From positions 1 to 47,107 of the forward strand of contig LPNZ01006696.1 in NCBI GenBank assembly GCA_001655205.1: a stretch of 47,107 nt of DNA, written 5' to 3'. Source of the DNA: Lenisia limosa (Eukaryota; Protista; Breviatea). Shown piece by piece: positions 45,722-47,107 of this stretch (positions are counted from its first letter, which is position 1; the number at the start of each line of letters is the position of its first letter). Both the position numbers and the translations under genes were made by a program. The notes under the pieces were generated by a model, which was given only the letters and a program-made list of their open reading frames with translations, did not search any database and had not been told where the DNA came from.

Positions 45722-47107
45722 ATGGCGGTTTTGCATAGTGACTTACACGAGAAATATATTCTCAAGATAGACAAGGTAGGATCGCTTATCTCCTTTTTTT
45801 TTATGTTGCCATAAAACTCCAAGGAAAGAGACACTCTGATGTACTGGATGACAGAGCATTTGAGAATGTCGGGAATGTACTGGGTAAGTGGAGGCTGTTG
45901 AAAAGGTGATGTAATGAGGTTCTTAATACACTTTGCAGGGATTGACAGCCTTGTCTCTTCTCGGTCGTAAAGACGCGATGGACAGAAGTGACGTTATCCA
46001 AAGGGTTCAGGTTTGTTACAGGATGATGGATATTTCACTTTATAGGCATGTCGTCATGAATGTGGAGGCTACGGAGGTAATAAAGGCCACGACCCTCATA
46101 TCCTCTACACCCTCTCTGCTGTCCAGGTTGGTTGCGCTTCTGGTAACCCGTTCCCACCACTGTTTTAAACACCAGTGATGATTTAGCTTCTTCTGCTCTT
46201 CAATGCTTCAGACGAGATTGATATTGAGTCTGTTGTCAAATGTGAGTTGGGTTTTTTTCAAAAACAATTGGTTTTGATGTCTACCGTGGCCAGACTGTCG
46301 GTGAAGAATGTGTAATCCACTTATTGTTAGTAATGATACTTTAGATGTGTCATCTTTGCAGCTTGAAAGTGGGGCATTCCAAGGAGACAAATGGTATGGA
46401 CACACAAAATTTTCTTATTATTAGGGGCGAAATCGACACTCGTTTTGTTTACTGTGGAGTTGCTACTCTCTCACTTTTGGTAGGTGATGGTTAGACATTT
46501 TTGATATTTGTGGTAAAACTTTCAACAAAAAGCAACAGTAATGCCACTTTTGTATCTTTCATTGTTACGTGTCTTCAGGGCCGGCTGTCAGCGATAGATG
46601 TTGAGGCGGCAGTTCGCTACATAATGACGTGTCGAAACTTTGATGAAGGGTTTGGCTTTTCGCCAGGTTCCGAAAGCCATGCTGGAAGTGGTAAGGTGAC
46701 TCAAGTTGACTTAGTTTTATCTAGTTTTTTGTTGTGTGGGAGCACTGGCCATTTGTGAGAAGTTGGACCAAATCAACTGCGATCAATTAGCCTGGTGGCT
46801 TGCTGAGAGGCAGGTGAGATATACATATATATATACTATATGATATATAGAGCTGAGAAATAAACAAGATTGTATCTGGTCACACTTTTGAGAGATATTG
46901 GATTATAATAATATTATTTTGCCTGTCATGAGTTTAGACACCTGCTGGAGGATTGAATGGAAGACCTGAAAAGCTCCCCGATGTTTGTTATTCATGGTAT
47001 GGTTCTTGCTCATAATGAAGCAAAATGGGAATCTGTGACACATTAAGAACTATGGAGTAATATATGGTAAAAACCTTCGATCATTATTGTTTTTGTCCAG
47101 TGAAAGG
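45722..47107 (+). CDS. RABGGTB: Rab geranylgeranyltransferase (GGTase-II) beta subunit; 3' end beyond the window
   Basis: [66 protein letters not shown] and [17 protein letters not shown]. Confidence 0.97.

Noticed and set aside
1-47107. Bacterial contamination or a prophage/virus insert suggested by bacterial-like signalling domains
   Set aside because: All such domains are split by spliceosomal introns and flanked by core eukaryotic genes. I saw no transposase, integrase or capsid motifs.

Overview
Compact, intron-dense nuclear DNA from a microbial eukaryote (lineage not determinable from this window). It uses the standard genetic code and canonical GT-AG introns, mostly about 30-65 nt. 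The ORF track therefore shows only exon fragments, and I rebuilt gene models by hand. I find ten genes: (+) Cache-HAMP class III nucleotidyl cyclase; (-) FERM + leucine-rich-repeat protein; (+) RRM protein with a Met/Gly-rich low-complexity tail; (-) MFSD1-like transporter; (+) capping protein beta; (-) calmodulin-lysine methyltransferase; (-) multi-TM class I phosphodiesterase; (+) a ~16.5 kb LRR-ankyrin-giant coiled-coil gene; (-) a hidden 5-exon, 86-aa TFIIS-N-like microgene absent from the ORF track; and (+) Rab GGTase beta, truncated at the window end. The most unusual observations are: (1) tandem duplications of whole branch-point/3' splice-site/exon-start units, including a 6-copy array in the cyclase catalytic domain where only the last copy yields full-length enzyme; (2) a class I PDE fused to a membrane module resembling that of bacterial adenylate cyclases; (3) a cyclase with Asp in place of the adenine-specifying Lys; (4) the hidden microgene and the giant multidomain protein. 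I saw no rRNA, tRNA, CRISPR or transposase. Twelve N gaps limit exon-level certainty, and family assignments come from remembered consensus motifs, not database searches.
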